From: Candidatus Binatia bacterium
GTDB taxonomy: Bacteria > Desulfobacterota > Binatia > UBA9968 > JAJDTQ01
Length of the DNA: 64,000 nt
NCBI GenBank assembly: GCA_963666515.2
Contig: OY762897.2
Coordinates: 3,904,001-3,968,000 of the forward strand
Direction of reading: 5' to 3'
A program made the position numbers and the translations under genes. Under the pieces are notes generated by a model that was given only the letters and a program-made list of their open reading frames with translations, was not told where the DNA came from and did not search any database. Numbering within the stretch: the first letter of the stretch is position 1; each line of letters begins with the position of its first letter. Shown here piece by piece: positions 50,101 to 58,436 of this stretch.

Positions 50101-53100
50101 GAGCGGCGGGATTCGGCCGGCGGCGAGACGACGTTCGAGACGGAACTGTACGCGTCGGAGCCGGGGTGGCTGCAGGACTACCGGGTGTTCGGGCAGGTGG
50201 CGGCGCCGGGGGCGCTGTACGGAGTGATGGCGCTGAGCGCCGAGGCGCCGCCGGAGGAGCCGCGGTCCGGCGGCAGCGGCGCCGCGGTGGAGGACATGCA
50301 GATGCACGCGCCGCTGGTGTTGCGGGGCGGGCGTGGGGAAGAAGACGATGAGCCGGGGCGCACGGTGCAGGTGGTGGTGAGCGCGGCCGAGGGGTCGGAG
50401 CCGCGTGAGGTGAAGATCTACAGCAAGGCGGACGAAGAGGAGAAGTGGACGCTGCACGCGGAGGCGCGGACCGCAGGGACGGTTGAAAAAGCCGGGGCGG
50501 TCGAGGCGGTGGACCTGGAAGGGCTGAAGGAGGGGCTGGAGGAGAAAGAGCCGGCGGGGTTCTATCGCGCGGCCGGGGAGATGGGCGTGGAGTTCGGGGC
50601 GTCGTTTCGGACGGTGACGGGGTTGTGGACGGGGGAGCGGGAGGCCGTGGGCGAAGTGAGGTTGGGGGACGGGCTGGGGGGGGCGGAGGGGGACCTGCAC
50701 CCGGCTCTGCTGGACGGGTGCTTCCAGGTCCTGGGAGCGGCCTTGGGGGCCGGAGCCAGGGAGGACGGAAGCTCCGGGCAAAAAGCGCCGGCGATGTACC
50801 TGCCGTTCGGGTGGGAGCGGCTGTGGATACGGGGCGGTCCGATGGAGGAGGTGACGTGCCGTGCGCAGGTGCGGGGAGGCGGGGAGAACGGCGTAGCGGA
50901 GGTGGTGGCCGCGGACCTGTGGATGTATGGGACGGGTGGGGAGTGCGTGGGGCTGGTGAAGGGACTGGCGCTGAAGCGGGCGAGTCGGAGTGCGTTCCTG
51001 TCCGTGGGAGTGCGGACGGACGATCTGGTGTACGTGCCGGAGTGGCGGGAAGGCGCAAGGGGCGTGGCGCAGCCTGCGGAGGAAGAAGCGGCGCCGGCCG
51101 GCGAGGGAAAGTGGGTGCTGTCGTCGGACGCCGGGCAGGAGGGGCTGGGGTTGGCGAAGGAGCTGGCAGGGAGGGATGAGCGGGTGTTGCTGGCGGTGGA
51201 AGACGGCTGGGGACATGAGGCGGAGGCGGAAGCCGCTGGAGTGGAGGTGGTCCGGCTGGACCTTCGGAGCCGGGAGAGCTGGCGCGGGCTGCTGGAAGGC
51301 GTCGTGGAGGAGGGCGGCGGAGTACGCGGGGCGGTTCACCTGGGAGGGATGAACGGACACGGAGCAGCGGCGGACGGGGAGGAGTTGGCCGCGGACGTGG
51401 AGGCCGCGCTGGGGAGCGGTCTCGGGCTGGTGCAGGGGCTGCTGGACGCGGGGGTGTCGCCCGAGGGGGGCGTATGGCTGGCGACGCGCGGCGGGCAGGT
51501 GTTGGGCGGGGAGGCCGGAGAAGGGTTGAGCGGCTCGGTGATGTGGGGATTCGGGAGGACTCTGTGGCGGGAGGCGAGGCGGTTGCGGGCACGCCTGGTG
51601 GACCTGGACCCGGCGGGTGGTGAAGCAGGGGGGATGGAGGAACTGGCGGAGGAGCTTCTGGCCCCGGACCGGGAGCAGGAGATTGCGTATCGCGGGGGAG
51701 TACGGCGTGTGCTGCGGCTGGCGCGTGCGGGACGGGTGGGGAAGGAGAGCGGCGGTGAGGGGGCGCTGTTGCGCGGGGACGGGACGTACCTGGTGACGGG
51801 TGGATTGAGGGGGATCGGGCTGGAGGTGGCGCGTTGGCTGGGCGATCAGGGGGCCGGGAAGATCGTGTTGAACGCCCGGCGGGAGCCCGGCGCGGAGGCG
51901 CAGGCGGTGATCGAGGAGTTGCGGGGCCGGGGCGTGGAGGTGCGGGTGGAACTGGCGGACGTGACGGACGGGGATGCGGTGGCGGCGATGGTGGAGCGCG
52001 TGGAGGAGGAGATGGGGCCTCTGGCCGGAGTGATTCATGCCGCCGCGGTGTTGTCGGACGGGGCGCTGAAGAACCAGGACTGGGAGCGGTTCGAGCGGGT
52101 GTTGTGGCCCAAGGTGAAGGGGGCGTGGCATCTGCACCGTGCGACCGCGGGACGGGAGCTGGACCTGTTCGTGCTGTTCTCGAGCGTGGCGGGGCTGATG
52201 GGGAACCCGGGCCAGTCGAGCTACGCCGCGGCCAACGTGTACCTGGACCAGTTGGCGCGTTGCCGTCGCGAGATGGGACTGGCGGGACAGTCGATCGTGT
52301 GGGGTGCGTGGTCCGGAGTGGGCCTGGCGGAGGCGTGGCGGGAACTCTTGAGGGAGCGGATGGCGGCCGCGGGAATGGACTGGATGACGCCGCGGCAGGG
52401 ACTCGGGGTGCTGGAGCGGGCTATACGGGGGGGCGAAGCGACCATCGCGGCCATGCCGGTGGACTGGGAGCTGTTCGCGGCCGCGGCGAAGGACGTGCCG
52501 CCGCTGCTGGAGGACCTGGTGACGGCTGCGGCAGGCGTTGGCGGCGGGGAGAGTCCGGCGGGTCAGGCGGGAGCATTGGTGGAGCGGCTGCGCGCGGCGC
52601 GGCCTGCGGACCGGGAGGGGATGGTGCTGGCGTTCGTGCAGCGTGAGCTGCAGGCCGTGCTCCAGGCGCCTTCTCCGCCGGCGCCCGCAGCGCGGTTTTT
52701 CGAGCTGGGCATGGACTCGCTGATGGCGCTGGAGTTCCGCGAGCGCCTGAACCGCGGTCTGGGCGGTGCCTGCGAGGTGTCGGGCACCGCAGTGTTCGAC
52801 CACCCCAGCCCCGAGGCGTTCGCCCGCCACCTGGTAGCGGAGCTGGGGTTGGTGGTGGAAGAGCCGCGGCCGTTGCCGGCGCCGCGGCGCCGGGCGGCGG
52901 CGCGTGGGGAGGACGCGGTAGCGGTGGTGGGGATGGCGTGCCGTTTTCCCGGAAGCCCGGACCTGGCGAGTTTCTGGCGTCTCCTGGAAGCGGGCGGCAA
53001 TGCGGTGACCGCCGGCCGCCCGGAGGTTTCGGCGGAACCGCCGGTCCCGGACGAAAGGTTCTGGGGCGGCTACATCGAGGACGTGGACCTGTTCGATGCC

Positions 53101-55539
53101 GGCTTCTTCGGCATCCCTCCGGTGGAGGCCCGGTACATGGACCCGCAGCAGCGGCTGCTGCTGGAGACGAGCTGGACGGCGTTGGAGTCCGCGGGGATGG
53201 ACCCGGGCAGCCTGAGGGGCAGCCGGACCGGGATCTACGTGGGCATCAGCGCCAACGACTACCGCTACGTGATGGCGGACGGCGGAGAGGCGGAGTTCAA
53301 CCCGTACCTGATAACCGGGAACGGCCTCAGCATGGCCATCGGCCGGGTGGCCTTCACGCTGGGCTTCGAGGGGCCGGCGGTGGCTGTGGACACGGCCTGC
53401 TCGTCATCCCTGGTGGCGGTGCACCAGGCGGTGTCGGCGTTGCAGCGGGACGAGGCGGACCTGGCGTTGGCGGCAGGGGTGAACGTGATCCTGTGGTCGA
53501 CTCGAACGGCCATGATGAAGGCCATGGGGGCGATGGCCGCGGATGGGCGTTGCAAGACGTTCGATGCATCGGCCGACGGATACGTCCGCAGCGAGGGGTG
53601 CGGGGTGGTGGCGCTCAGGCGGCTGCGCGACGCCGAGGCCGAAGGCCTCCCGATCTGGGGCGTCATACGGGGGTCGGCGGTGAATCACGGCGGCGGCGCG
53701 GCCGGCATGATGACGCCGAGCGGCCCGGCGCAGGAGCGGTTGATCGGCGAGGCGTTGGGACGCGCGCAAATCGAGCCTTCGGACGTGGATTACCTGGAAG
53801 CGCACGGGACTGGAACGTTCCTGGGCGATCCCATCGAGGTGCGGGCCGCGGCCGCGGCGTACGGCCGCGGGCGCGGCGCGGAGCGTCCCCTGCTGCTCGG
53901 TTCGGTGAAGACCAACATCGGCCACCTGGAGCCGGCCGCGGGCGTGGCCGGTCTGATCAAGGTGTTGCTGGCGATGGCCTACGGCAGGATTCCGAGGCAC
54001 CTGCATTTCAGGGAACCGAACCCGCACGTGCCGTGGGACCGCCTGCCGGTGCGCGTGGTGTCGGAGGCGGTGGAGTGGCCGTCTCGCGACGGCCTGCCGC
54101 GGCGCGCCGGGCTGAGTTCCTTCGGTCTGTCCGGGACCAACGCCCACGCGGTGCTGGAGGGCTACGGCGATGCATCGGGGCCGGCAGGCGTCTCGGGGGC
54201 GGCGGTGCCGGTGGGATGGCCCGCGGGAGTCCCGGAGTCGCCGTCCGAGGCCGCGGACGGCGACGGCGCGGGCGCGCGGATCCACCGTCTGCTGGTGTTG
54301 TCGGGGAATACGGGCGAGGCCTTGCGGGCGCTTGCCGGGCGGTACGTGCAATGGCTGGACGCGCGCGCGGACTCGTTTTCTTCAGCCGCCGGCGAAGACG
54401 GCTTTCGCCCGGACGGCGCGGACCTGCTGGCGGACGCCGCCTGGACCGCGGCGACGGGCCGGTTCCATCTTCCGCATCGCGCCGGCGTGACGTTCACCGA
54501 CGTGGAGCAGCTTCGGGCGCGGCTGTCGTCGCTGTCGTCCGGCGAGCCGGAGGCGTCCGCCGTCGCGGTGGGGTCCGGGGTCGCGGACAGGGCGGCCTTC
54601 CTCTTCCCTGGCGAGGGCAGCCAGTGGGCGGGCATGGGCCGGGACCTGTACGAGAGCGAGCCGGTGTTCCGGGCGGTGCTGGATCGTTGCGAGCAGGAGA
54701 TGCGCTCGTCGCGGGGAGAGTCGTTGCTGGACGTGATGTTCGGGACCGGGGCGGAGTCGGACCTGGACCACGCCCGCTGGGCGCAGCCGGCGGTCTATGC
54801 GTTGGAGAGCGGTTTGGCGGCGCTGTGGGCCGGCCTCGGGGTGACGCCGTTCGCGGTGCTGGGACACGGCGTGGGCGAGATCGCCGCGGCGCACGCCGCC
54901 GGGGCGTTCTCCCTGGAGGACGGCCTGCGTTTGGCGGCGTCGCAGGGGGAGTGGACGGGCTCGCCGCCGGTTCAGGAAGACCTGGAGCGTTTTCTGGAGC
55001 GCGTGGCGGTGTCGCCGCTACGGTTGCCTCTGGTGAGCGGCCCGACGGGCCGGGTGACGGAGGAAGGCGAGTTGCCGGACGGACGGTACTGGATCCGCCA
55101 GGCGCGGGAAGCGGTGGCGTTTCAGGCCGCCGCGGGCGCGCTGGCGGAGCTGGGGGTGGACGCACTGGTGGAGATCGGGCCGCAGCCGGTGCTGGGCGCC
55201 GCCGCAGCGTCGGCGTGGCCGTCCGGGTCGGAGGCGCCCGGCAGGAGACCGCGCGCCTCTTCGTCCGGAAGGGGGGCCGCGGCGCGAGCCCCGGAGCAAT
55301 GGCCCCTGTTGCTCGCCGATGAAGGGGATCAGCCCCCTGCGGTGGTTTCAAGCCTGCGCCGGCAGGAGGATGGGAAGCCGGTGGCGGGAGCATTCGCCGA
55401 AGGGGTTGCCGGGGCGTATGCCGCGGGTCTGAGACTGCGTTTCGAGGGTCTCTTCACGGGCGAAAAGCGGCGCCGTCTGTCCTTGCCGGAATATCCGTTC
55501 CAGCGCCGCCGCTACTGGGTGGACCCGTCGAAGCCGTGA
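47176..55539 (+). CDS. Terminal type I PKS (2787 aa): [KS-AT(atypical)-DH(inactive)-KR-ACP]-[KS-AT(inactive)], no TE
   Basis: 8-bp overlap with the previous ORF. KS DTSCSSS; AT GYGSQ/GYSLG/NVGFH; DH DYRVFG (His->Tyr); KR GQSSYAAAN; ACP GMDSL. Second KS has an intact C/H/H triad; last AT reads GHGVG and lacks the HAFH-containing segment. Protein ends right after YPFQRRRYW. Confidence 0.96.
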   Translation: MSRSDKYYELSRKLLAQVNVRERKIAEFTQPIAVVGLACRFPGGSDVTGFWRLLESGGDAITKGRGTRSAGGRDGQVQEGSWEGWGGFIEDVELFDAEFFRIAPVEARLLDPQHRLLLETSWEALESAGVDAGRVKGSRTGVYAGISGNEYRMMAAAAAREESANLYMVTGNSGSTAIGRVAFTLGLEGPAVAVDTSCSSSLVAVHQAVSGLRNGDADLALAGGVNVLLMPPGAEEFSVEGMLSPDGRCKTFDASADGFVRGEGCGMVVLKRLRDAEADGDRIWGVIRGSAINHDGASAGLTVPNGSAQERVIEEALGRAGLESWEVDYLEAHGTGTELGDPIEIHAAAAVYGAGRDGSQPLRVGSVKTNVGHLEAAAGVAGLIKVLLSMNHGVIPKHLHFREPNPHMDWERLLVRVASEPEVWPRREGRPARAAVSSFGISGTNAHVVLEEYGEAAGSEGGRSPRGPAVAVGWPEGASEYRPAEGPAVATGARERRLLPLSGHTEEALRALAGRYANWLEDRVPPPADVGGGNWGAVGKALLADVAWTAGTGRSHHEHRAGLTFAEAGELREKLAALAGNREASEAPAGSGSRTKVAFLFAGYGSQWVGMGRDVYDREPVFRAVLDRCEKAFRDLRGASLLDAAFGDAAGVDLKDPTWGHPAVYAVQTGLTALLASVGIRPFAVMGYSLGEIAAAHVAGVFSLEDGLRFAALRGELMASLVADPSESGHAVSVYESPERVSELMEEVNREHRGMELSVAAYAGAYQVAAGAPEVVGALQERCVAEGVRAERLPVNVGFHSAVVDPILDGLEAAMEGVTVSPPALAMVSNVTGRVFRAGETLDGAYWRRQAREPVRFSGGVVALAELGVDVLMDVGPQPRVGLLATTMWPTNPPPAVVVGMKRPSEEDAGASPGWAEAVAEAYAAGLDVKFEGLFAGEERRRVLLPGYPFQRQRYWADAPRRRRRVGEAHHPLLGERRDSAGGETTFETELYASEPGWLQDYRVFGQVAAPGALYGVMALSAEAPPEEPRSGGSGAAVEDMQMHAPLVLRGGRGEEDDEPGRTVQVVVSAAEGSEPREVKIYSKADEEEKWTLHAEARTAGTVEKAGAVEAVDLEGLKEGLEEKEPAGFYRAAGEMGVEFGASFRTVTGLWTGEREAVGEVRLGDGLGGAEGDLHPALLDGCFQVLGAALGAGAREDGSSGQKAPAMYLPFGWERLWIRGGPMEEVTCRAQVRGGGENGVAEVVAADLWMYGTGGECVGLVKGLALKRASRSAFLSVGVRTDDLVYVPEWREGARGVAQPAEEEAAPAGEGKWVLSSDAGQEGLGLAKELAGRDERVLLAVEDGWGHEAEAEAAGVEVVRLDLRSRESWRGLLEGVVEEGGGVRGAVHLGGMNGHGAAADGEELAADVEAALGSGLGLVQGLLDAGVSPEGGVWLATRGGQVLGGEAGEGLSGSVMWGFGRTLWREARRLRARLVDLDPAGGEAGGMEELAEELLAPDREQEIAYRGGVRRVLRLARAGRVGKESGGEGALLRGDGTYLVTGGLRGIGLEVARWLGDQGAGKIVLNARREPGAEAQAVIEELRGRGVEVRVELADVTDGDAVAAMVERVEEEMGPLAGVIHAAAVLSDGALKNQDWERFERVLWPKVKGAWHLHRATAGRELDLFVLFSSVAGLMGNPGQSSYAAANVYLDQLARCRREMGLAGQSIVWGAWSGVGLAEAWRELLRERMAAAGMDWMTPRQGLGVLERAIRGGEATIAAMPVDWELFAAAAKDVPPLLEDLVTAAAGVGGGESPAGQAGALVERLRAARPADREGMVLAFVQRELQAVLQAPSPPAPAARFFELGMDSLMALEFRERLNRGLGGACEVSGTAVFDHPSPEAFARHLVAELGLVVEEPRPLPAPRRRAAARGEDAVAVVGMACRFPGSPDLASFWRLLEAGGNAVTAGRPEVSAEPPVPDERFWGGYIEDVDLFDAGFFGIPPVEARYMDPQQRLLLETSWTALESAGMDPGSLRGSRTGIYVGISANDYRYVMADGGEAEFNPYLITGNGLSMAIGRVAFTLGFEGPAVAVDTACSSSLVAVHQAVSALQRDEADLALAAGVNVILWSTRTAMMKAMGAMAADGRCKTFDASADGYVRSEGCGVVALRRLRDAEAEGLPIWGVIRGSAVNHGGGAAGMMTPSGPAQERLIGEALGRAQIEPSDVDYLEAHGTGTFLGDPIEVRAAAAAYGRGRGAERPLLLGSVKTNIGHLEPAAGVAGLIKVLLAMAYGRIPRHLHFREPNPHVPWDRLPVRVVSEAVEWPSRDGLPRRAGLSSFGLSGTNAHAVLEGYGDASGPAGVSGAAVPVGWPAGVPESPSEAADGDGAGARIHRLLVLSGNTGEALRALAGRYVQWLDARADSFSSAAGEDGFRPDGADLLADAAWTAATGRFHLPHRAGVTFTDVEQLRARLSSLSSGEPEASAVAVGSGVADRAAFLFPGEGSQWAGMGRDLYESEPVFRAVLDRCEQEMRSSRGESLLDVMFGTGAESDLDHARWAQPAVYALESGLAALWAGLGVTPFAVLGHGVGEIAAAHAAGAFSLEDGLRLAASQGEWTGSPPVQEDLERFLERVAVSPLRLPLVSGPTGRVTEEGELPDGRYWIRQAREAVAFQAAAGALAELGVDALVEIGPQPVLGAAAASAWPSGSEAPGRRPRASSSGRGAAARAPEQWPLLLADEGDQPPAVVSSLRRQEDGKPVAGAFAEGVAGAYAAGLRLRFEGLFTGEKRRRLSLPEYPFQRRRYWVDPSKP

Positions 55540-55572
55540 TTTCCGGGTAAACGGGACAGGGGAGGAACTGCC

Positions 55573-57135
55573 ATGGAGATGGGCCTGCTTTCCGGTTTGA
55601 TTCAATTGAGCTGCCTCCCGGCCTGGCGGCGGTTCGAACAGGCGACCGCAGACCCGGACCGCGCGCAGCGGGAGGCCTGGGAGCGCATTCGCCGCAAGTG
55701 CCGGCAGGCTCCCTACTGGCGGGAACGGTGGGGCGGGCGAAGCGCGCCGCCGCTGGCGGATTTGCCGGTCACCGATTACGCCGATTACGAGGCCGCTTTC
55801 GACGAGGCGTTCGAGGGCGGTCTCTCTCCCACTACGGGTGAAGCCATTGTGAGCTGGCTGGTCAGCAGCAACAGCACCGGGAAGGCGAGCAAGCGTTATC
55901 CCCTGTATGCGGACCACGAGCGACGGCTGAAGGCTGCTTGGGAAACGTGTCTCTACTCCATGGCCGTGACCGTGCCCGACATTCCGCTGCAGCCGGTCCT
56001 TTCCCCATACTCGGCCAACAACGAGGCGCCGTCGCCCGCGGGCGTGCCCGTTCACCGGGTCACCGAGAAGTGGATGGGCTTGTTGCTCGGCGGCGGGCAG
56101 TCCGGGAACCTGTTTCCGCGAGAATTGGTTGCGAGGCCGGACTTGTGGGACGAGTGGGCGCCGCTCTATGCCGTTGCCGGCGACGCAAGCATGGCGGCGG
56201 CCATTACCGCGGACCGCATCGCGGTCATGCGCGAGGAGGTGGTCGCCGGCATGGACCGCTGGTGGCCCTATCTGGAGGGGCGGTCAGCCCCGCCGCCGCC
56301 GTTGCCGCCCATCCGGGTATCCACGGAACGCCTGAACCACCTGCGATCCGTTTTCGCCGGCGCGCCGCCGGGCATGCGCCGGATATGGCCGAGCATGAGG
56401 GTCGTGTCGTGCTGGACCGTCGCGAGCGCCGGCGCCGCGGTGCCCCTGCTGGAGCCGTGGCTTGAAGGCGTGCGTCTGCTCGGCGGGCCTTATTCGACCG
56501 CTGAAAGCGGACCGGTCACCGCCCCCCTTTTCGACGGCGAGGACGGACACCCGGTCAATCCGGACGTCAACGTTACCGAGTTGCTCCCCGAAGGCGCCGA
56601 GCCTGAGCCCCGCAACGTGATCCCGCTGTCCCAGGCCGAGGCGGGGCGGCGGTACGAGTTGATCGTGACCACGCCCGGCGGCCTGATCCGCTATCGCACG
56701 AGCGACGTCTTCGTCTGCGACGGATTCCATCGCCGCATGCCGCGGCTGACTTTCTGCTCCAAGGTGGCGTTTTCATTGAACGTGTCCGAGACCGTGCGTC
56801 TGCCTGAGGACGCCGTGGTCAAGCTGCTGATGGAGCATGGATACCGTTTGCAGGACGACCTGATGCTGGGCCCCCATCCCACCGGAAGAGCCATTGTCAT
56901 GTACATCAAGGAGGGCTCGGGCCACAGGCCCGCGGGCGACGCCTTCGATCGCGGCTTGTGCGAGTTGTCCGCCGACTATGCGGCCAAGCGGCGGCAAGGA
57001 CTGCTCCGATACGTCCACAACATGGTCGTCCCCGCGGCGCACCCGATGTGGGCGCGGCCGGGCCTGGCCAAGGCGCGCTACGTGCTTCCCGAAGCCCCGG
57101 AGGACCTGGGGGTAGGGGCCACCGTCAGGGGGTAG
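55573..57135 (+). CDS. GH3-family (auxin-responsive GH3-like) acyl-adenylate-forming ligase / acyl-acid amido synthetase
   Basis: 520 aa; the three GH3/ANL motifs occur in order: SSNSTGKASK (P-loop-like), YSTAE (YxSSE-like) and YELIVTTPGGLIRYRTSD (YRxGD-like), plus N-terminal LPVTDYADY. GGAGG RBS; 33 bp after the PKS stop. Confidence 0.82.
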   Translation: MEMGLLSGLIQLSCLPAWRRFEQATADPDRAQREAWERIRRKCRQAPYWRERWGGRSAPPLADLPVTDYADYEAAFDEAFEGGLSPTTGEAIVSWLVSSNSTGKASKRYPLYADHERRLKAAWETCLYSMAVTVPDIPLQPVLSPYSANNEAPSPAGVPVHRVTEKWMGLLLGGGQSGNLFPRELVARPDLWDEWAPLYAVAGDASMAAAITADRIAVMREEVVAGMDRWWPYLEGRSAPPPPLPPIRVSTERLNHLRSVFAGAPPGMRRIWPSMRVVSCWTVASAGAAVPLLEPWLEGVRLLGGPYSTAESGPVTAPLFDGEDGHPVNPDVNVTELLPEGAEPEPRNVIPLSQAEAGRRYELIVTTPGGLIRYRTSDVFVCDGFHRRMPRLTFCSKVAFSLNVSETVRLPEDAVVKLLMEHGYRLQDDLMLGPHPTGRAIVMYIKEGSGHRPAGDAFDRGLCELSADYAAKRRQGLLRYVHNMVVPAAHPMWARPGLAKARYVLPEAPEDLGVGATVRG

Positions 57136-57144
57136 AGGCGGCCG

Positions 57145-58059
57145 TCACGAATTCATGAGCCCGTTTCGTTCGAGAAACTCGCGCACGGCGGCGGCGCATT
57201 CCGCGGGCTTTTCCAGTTGAGCGAAGTGGGTCGTTTCCGGGATGAAATCGTATTCCAGCGTCATGATTTCGCTGAGATCGAACGTCGGCAGGTATGAGAA
57301 CGGTATCGTCGGATCGGCGCCGATGATTTTGGTCGGTTGCCGCAACCCCTGAAAGTCCACCATGCTCGAGAGAATCAAGGCGTATTCCATGACCTGCGCC
57401 TCGTATGCGGGAGGACACCGGAGCACGTAACGATCGCCGCTTTTGCGCAGCAGGGTCTCCGCCGCAAGATCGAAGAGTCCGGGGACCGTCTGCGTGAAAA
57501 CTTTCCGGTAGGGAAAGTCCTCCATGAAGTCTTCGATGGACTCGAACTGTTCCCGGCGGTTCCGGAGCATTGAAGCCACCAATTTGAAGGTGAAGTCATA
57601 GGCTTGAGGGTCCGCCTGATTCAGTTTGTGGCCAACGGGCGGATCGAACAGAATGCCGGCTGCAGGCTGGTTGTCTCCGTTGGCCGACAACAGCCATGCG
57701 AGAGCCGAGAGGGAATGGAATATGGCTGTTTTCGGTTTCTCCCCGAAGAGCCGGTCGACGGCCTCGAACACAACCACATTGTCTCGGACATACGCCATGA
57801 GGTTGTGATCTTCGATGGGGCCCACGGGATTCCAGCCGTGGTTTCTGAGATCGTAAACGATCAGGTCGAAGTCGTCTGCGAGCAGGGACCAGAAGGGAAA
57901 GTAGAGATCCACGGCCAAGCCGTTGCCGTGGCAAACGAGCAGCCGCGGTCCCCTGGGATTCCCATGGCGACGCAGAAAAATTACCGTGGCCGGATCCGGT
58001 CTCACCTCGCAGACCGATTCCGGCTCCGGTATCCGCCATCGTCGATTCTGCGTTGTCAC
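57145..58059 (-). CDS. Alpha/beta-fold hydrolase (SupD/SupE-like; candidate thioesterase/acyltransferase)
   Basis: 304 aa; oxyanion CHGNG, YDLRNHG, nucleophile elbow FHSLS, C-terminal catalytic His in THFAQLE. GTG start with a weak RBS, so the start is uncertain. Confidence 0.88.
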   Translation of the reverse strand: MTTQNRRWRIPEPESVCEVRPDPATVIFLRRHGNPRGPRLLVCHGNGLAVDLYFPFWSLLADDFDLIVYDLRNHGWNPVGPIEDHNLMAYVRDNVVVFEAVDRLFGEKPKTAIFHSLSALAWLLSANGDNQPAAGILFDPPVGHKLNQADPQAYDFTFKLVASMLRNRREQFESIEDFMEDFPYRKVFTQTVPGLFDLAAETLLRKSGDRYVLRCPPAYEAQVMEYALILSSMVDFQGLRQPTKIIGADPTIPFSYLPTFDLSEIMTLEYDFIPETTHFAQLEKPAECAAAVREFLERNGLMNS

Positions 58060-58144
58060 GCTGTCGGCCGAGGCGTCAGGTCAGCTGCACAATGTCGGCG
58101 TCTTTCCGTCGCGAGCCGTCCGAGCACGCGACGGTAGCGCCCGA

Positions 58145-58387
58145 TCAACTGGCGTTGGCTTCGAGGTAGTTGATCACATCCCTCATGCACGAGAACTTCA
58201 CGAGATCGTCGGGAAGAATCGTCACGTTGAACTCCTTGTTGACAAGGATTATGAACGAGACGAGTGCCGACGAACTGATCTGGGCGTCATCGAAACTGGA
58301 GTCCAAATCCATGTTGCTTTTGGCTTCCACTTCTGAGGCAAAGTGCTCTCTCGCCAGAGATTTGACGCGCTCTTCAACGGTGGCCAT
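58145..58387 (-). CDS. Stand-alone acyl carrier protein (SupB-like), 80 aa
   Basis: ATG at 58387 preceded by [19 protein letters not shown]...SFDDAQISSSALVSF...VNKEFNVTILPDD...MRDVINYLEAN fits the ACP four-helix pattern; the Ppant site is ISS instead of DSL. The ORF-track start at 58555 is an over-extension. Confidence 0.85.
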   Translation of the reverse strand: MATVEERVKSLAREHFASEVEAKSNMDLDSSFDDAQISSSALVSFIILVNKEFNVTILPDDLVKFSCMRDVINYLEANAS

Positions 58388-58412
58388 GATTTCTCCTCCC
58401 TCACTGGTTGGT

Positions 58413-58436
58413 ATGGATACCGAATCTGGTATCCAT
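58413..58436. promoter_or_regulatory. Perfect inverted repeat in the divergent ACP/dioxygenase intergenic region (candidate operator)
   Basis: ATGGATACC-GAATCT-GGTATCCAT in an AT-richer 190-bp divergent spacer. Confidence 0.45.

Noticed and set aside
33-55500. Many alternative-frame + strand Gly/Ala/Arg-rich ORFs
   Set aside because: Out-of-frame readings of the PKS; no motifs or independent RBS evidence.
52912-55539. Terminal KS-AT as a pseudogene or frameshifted truncation
   Set aside because: The frame is intact, the KS triad is conserved, the protein ends cleanly after the post-AT linker, and the next gene follows with its own RBS; no downstream PKS remnant is visible.
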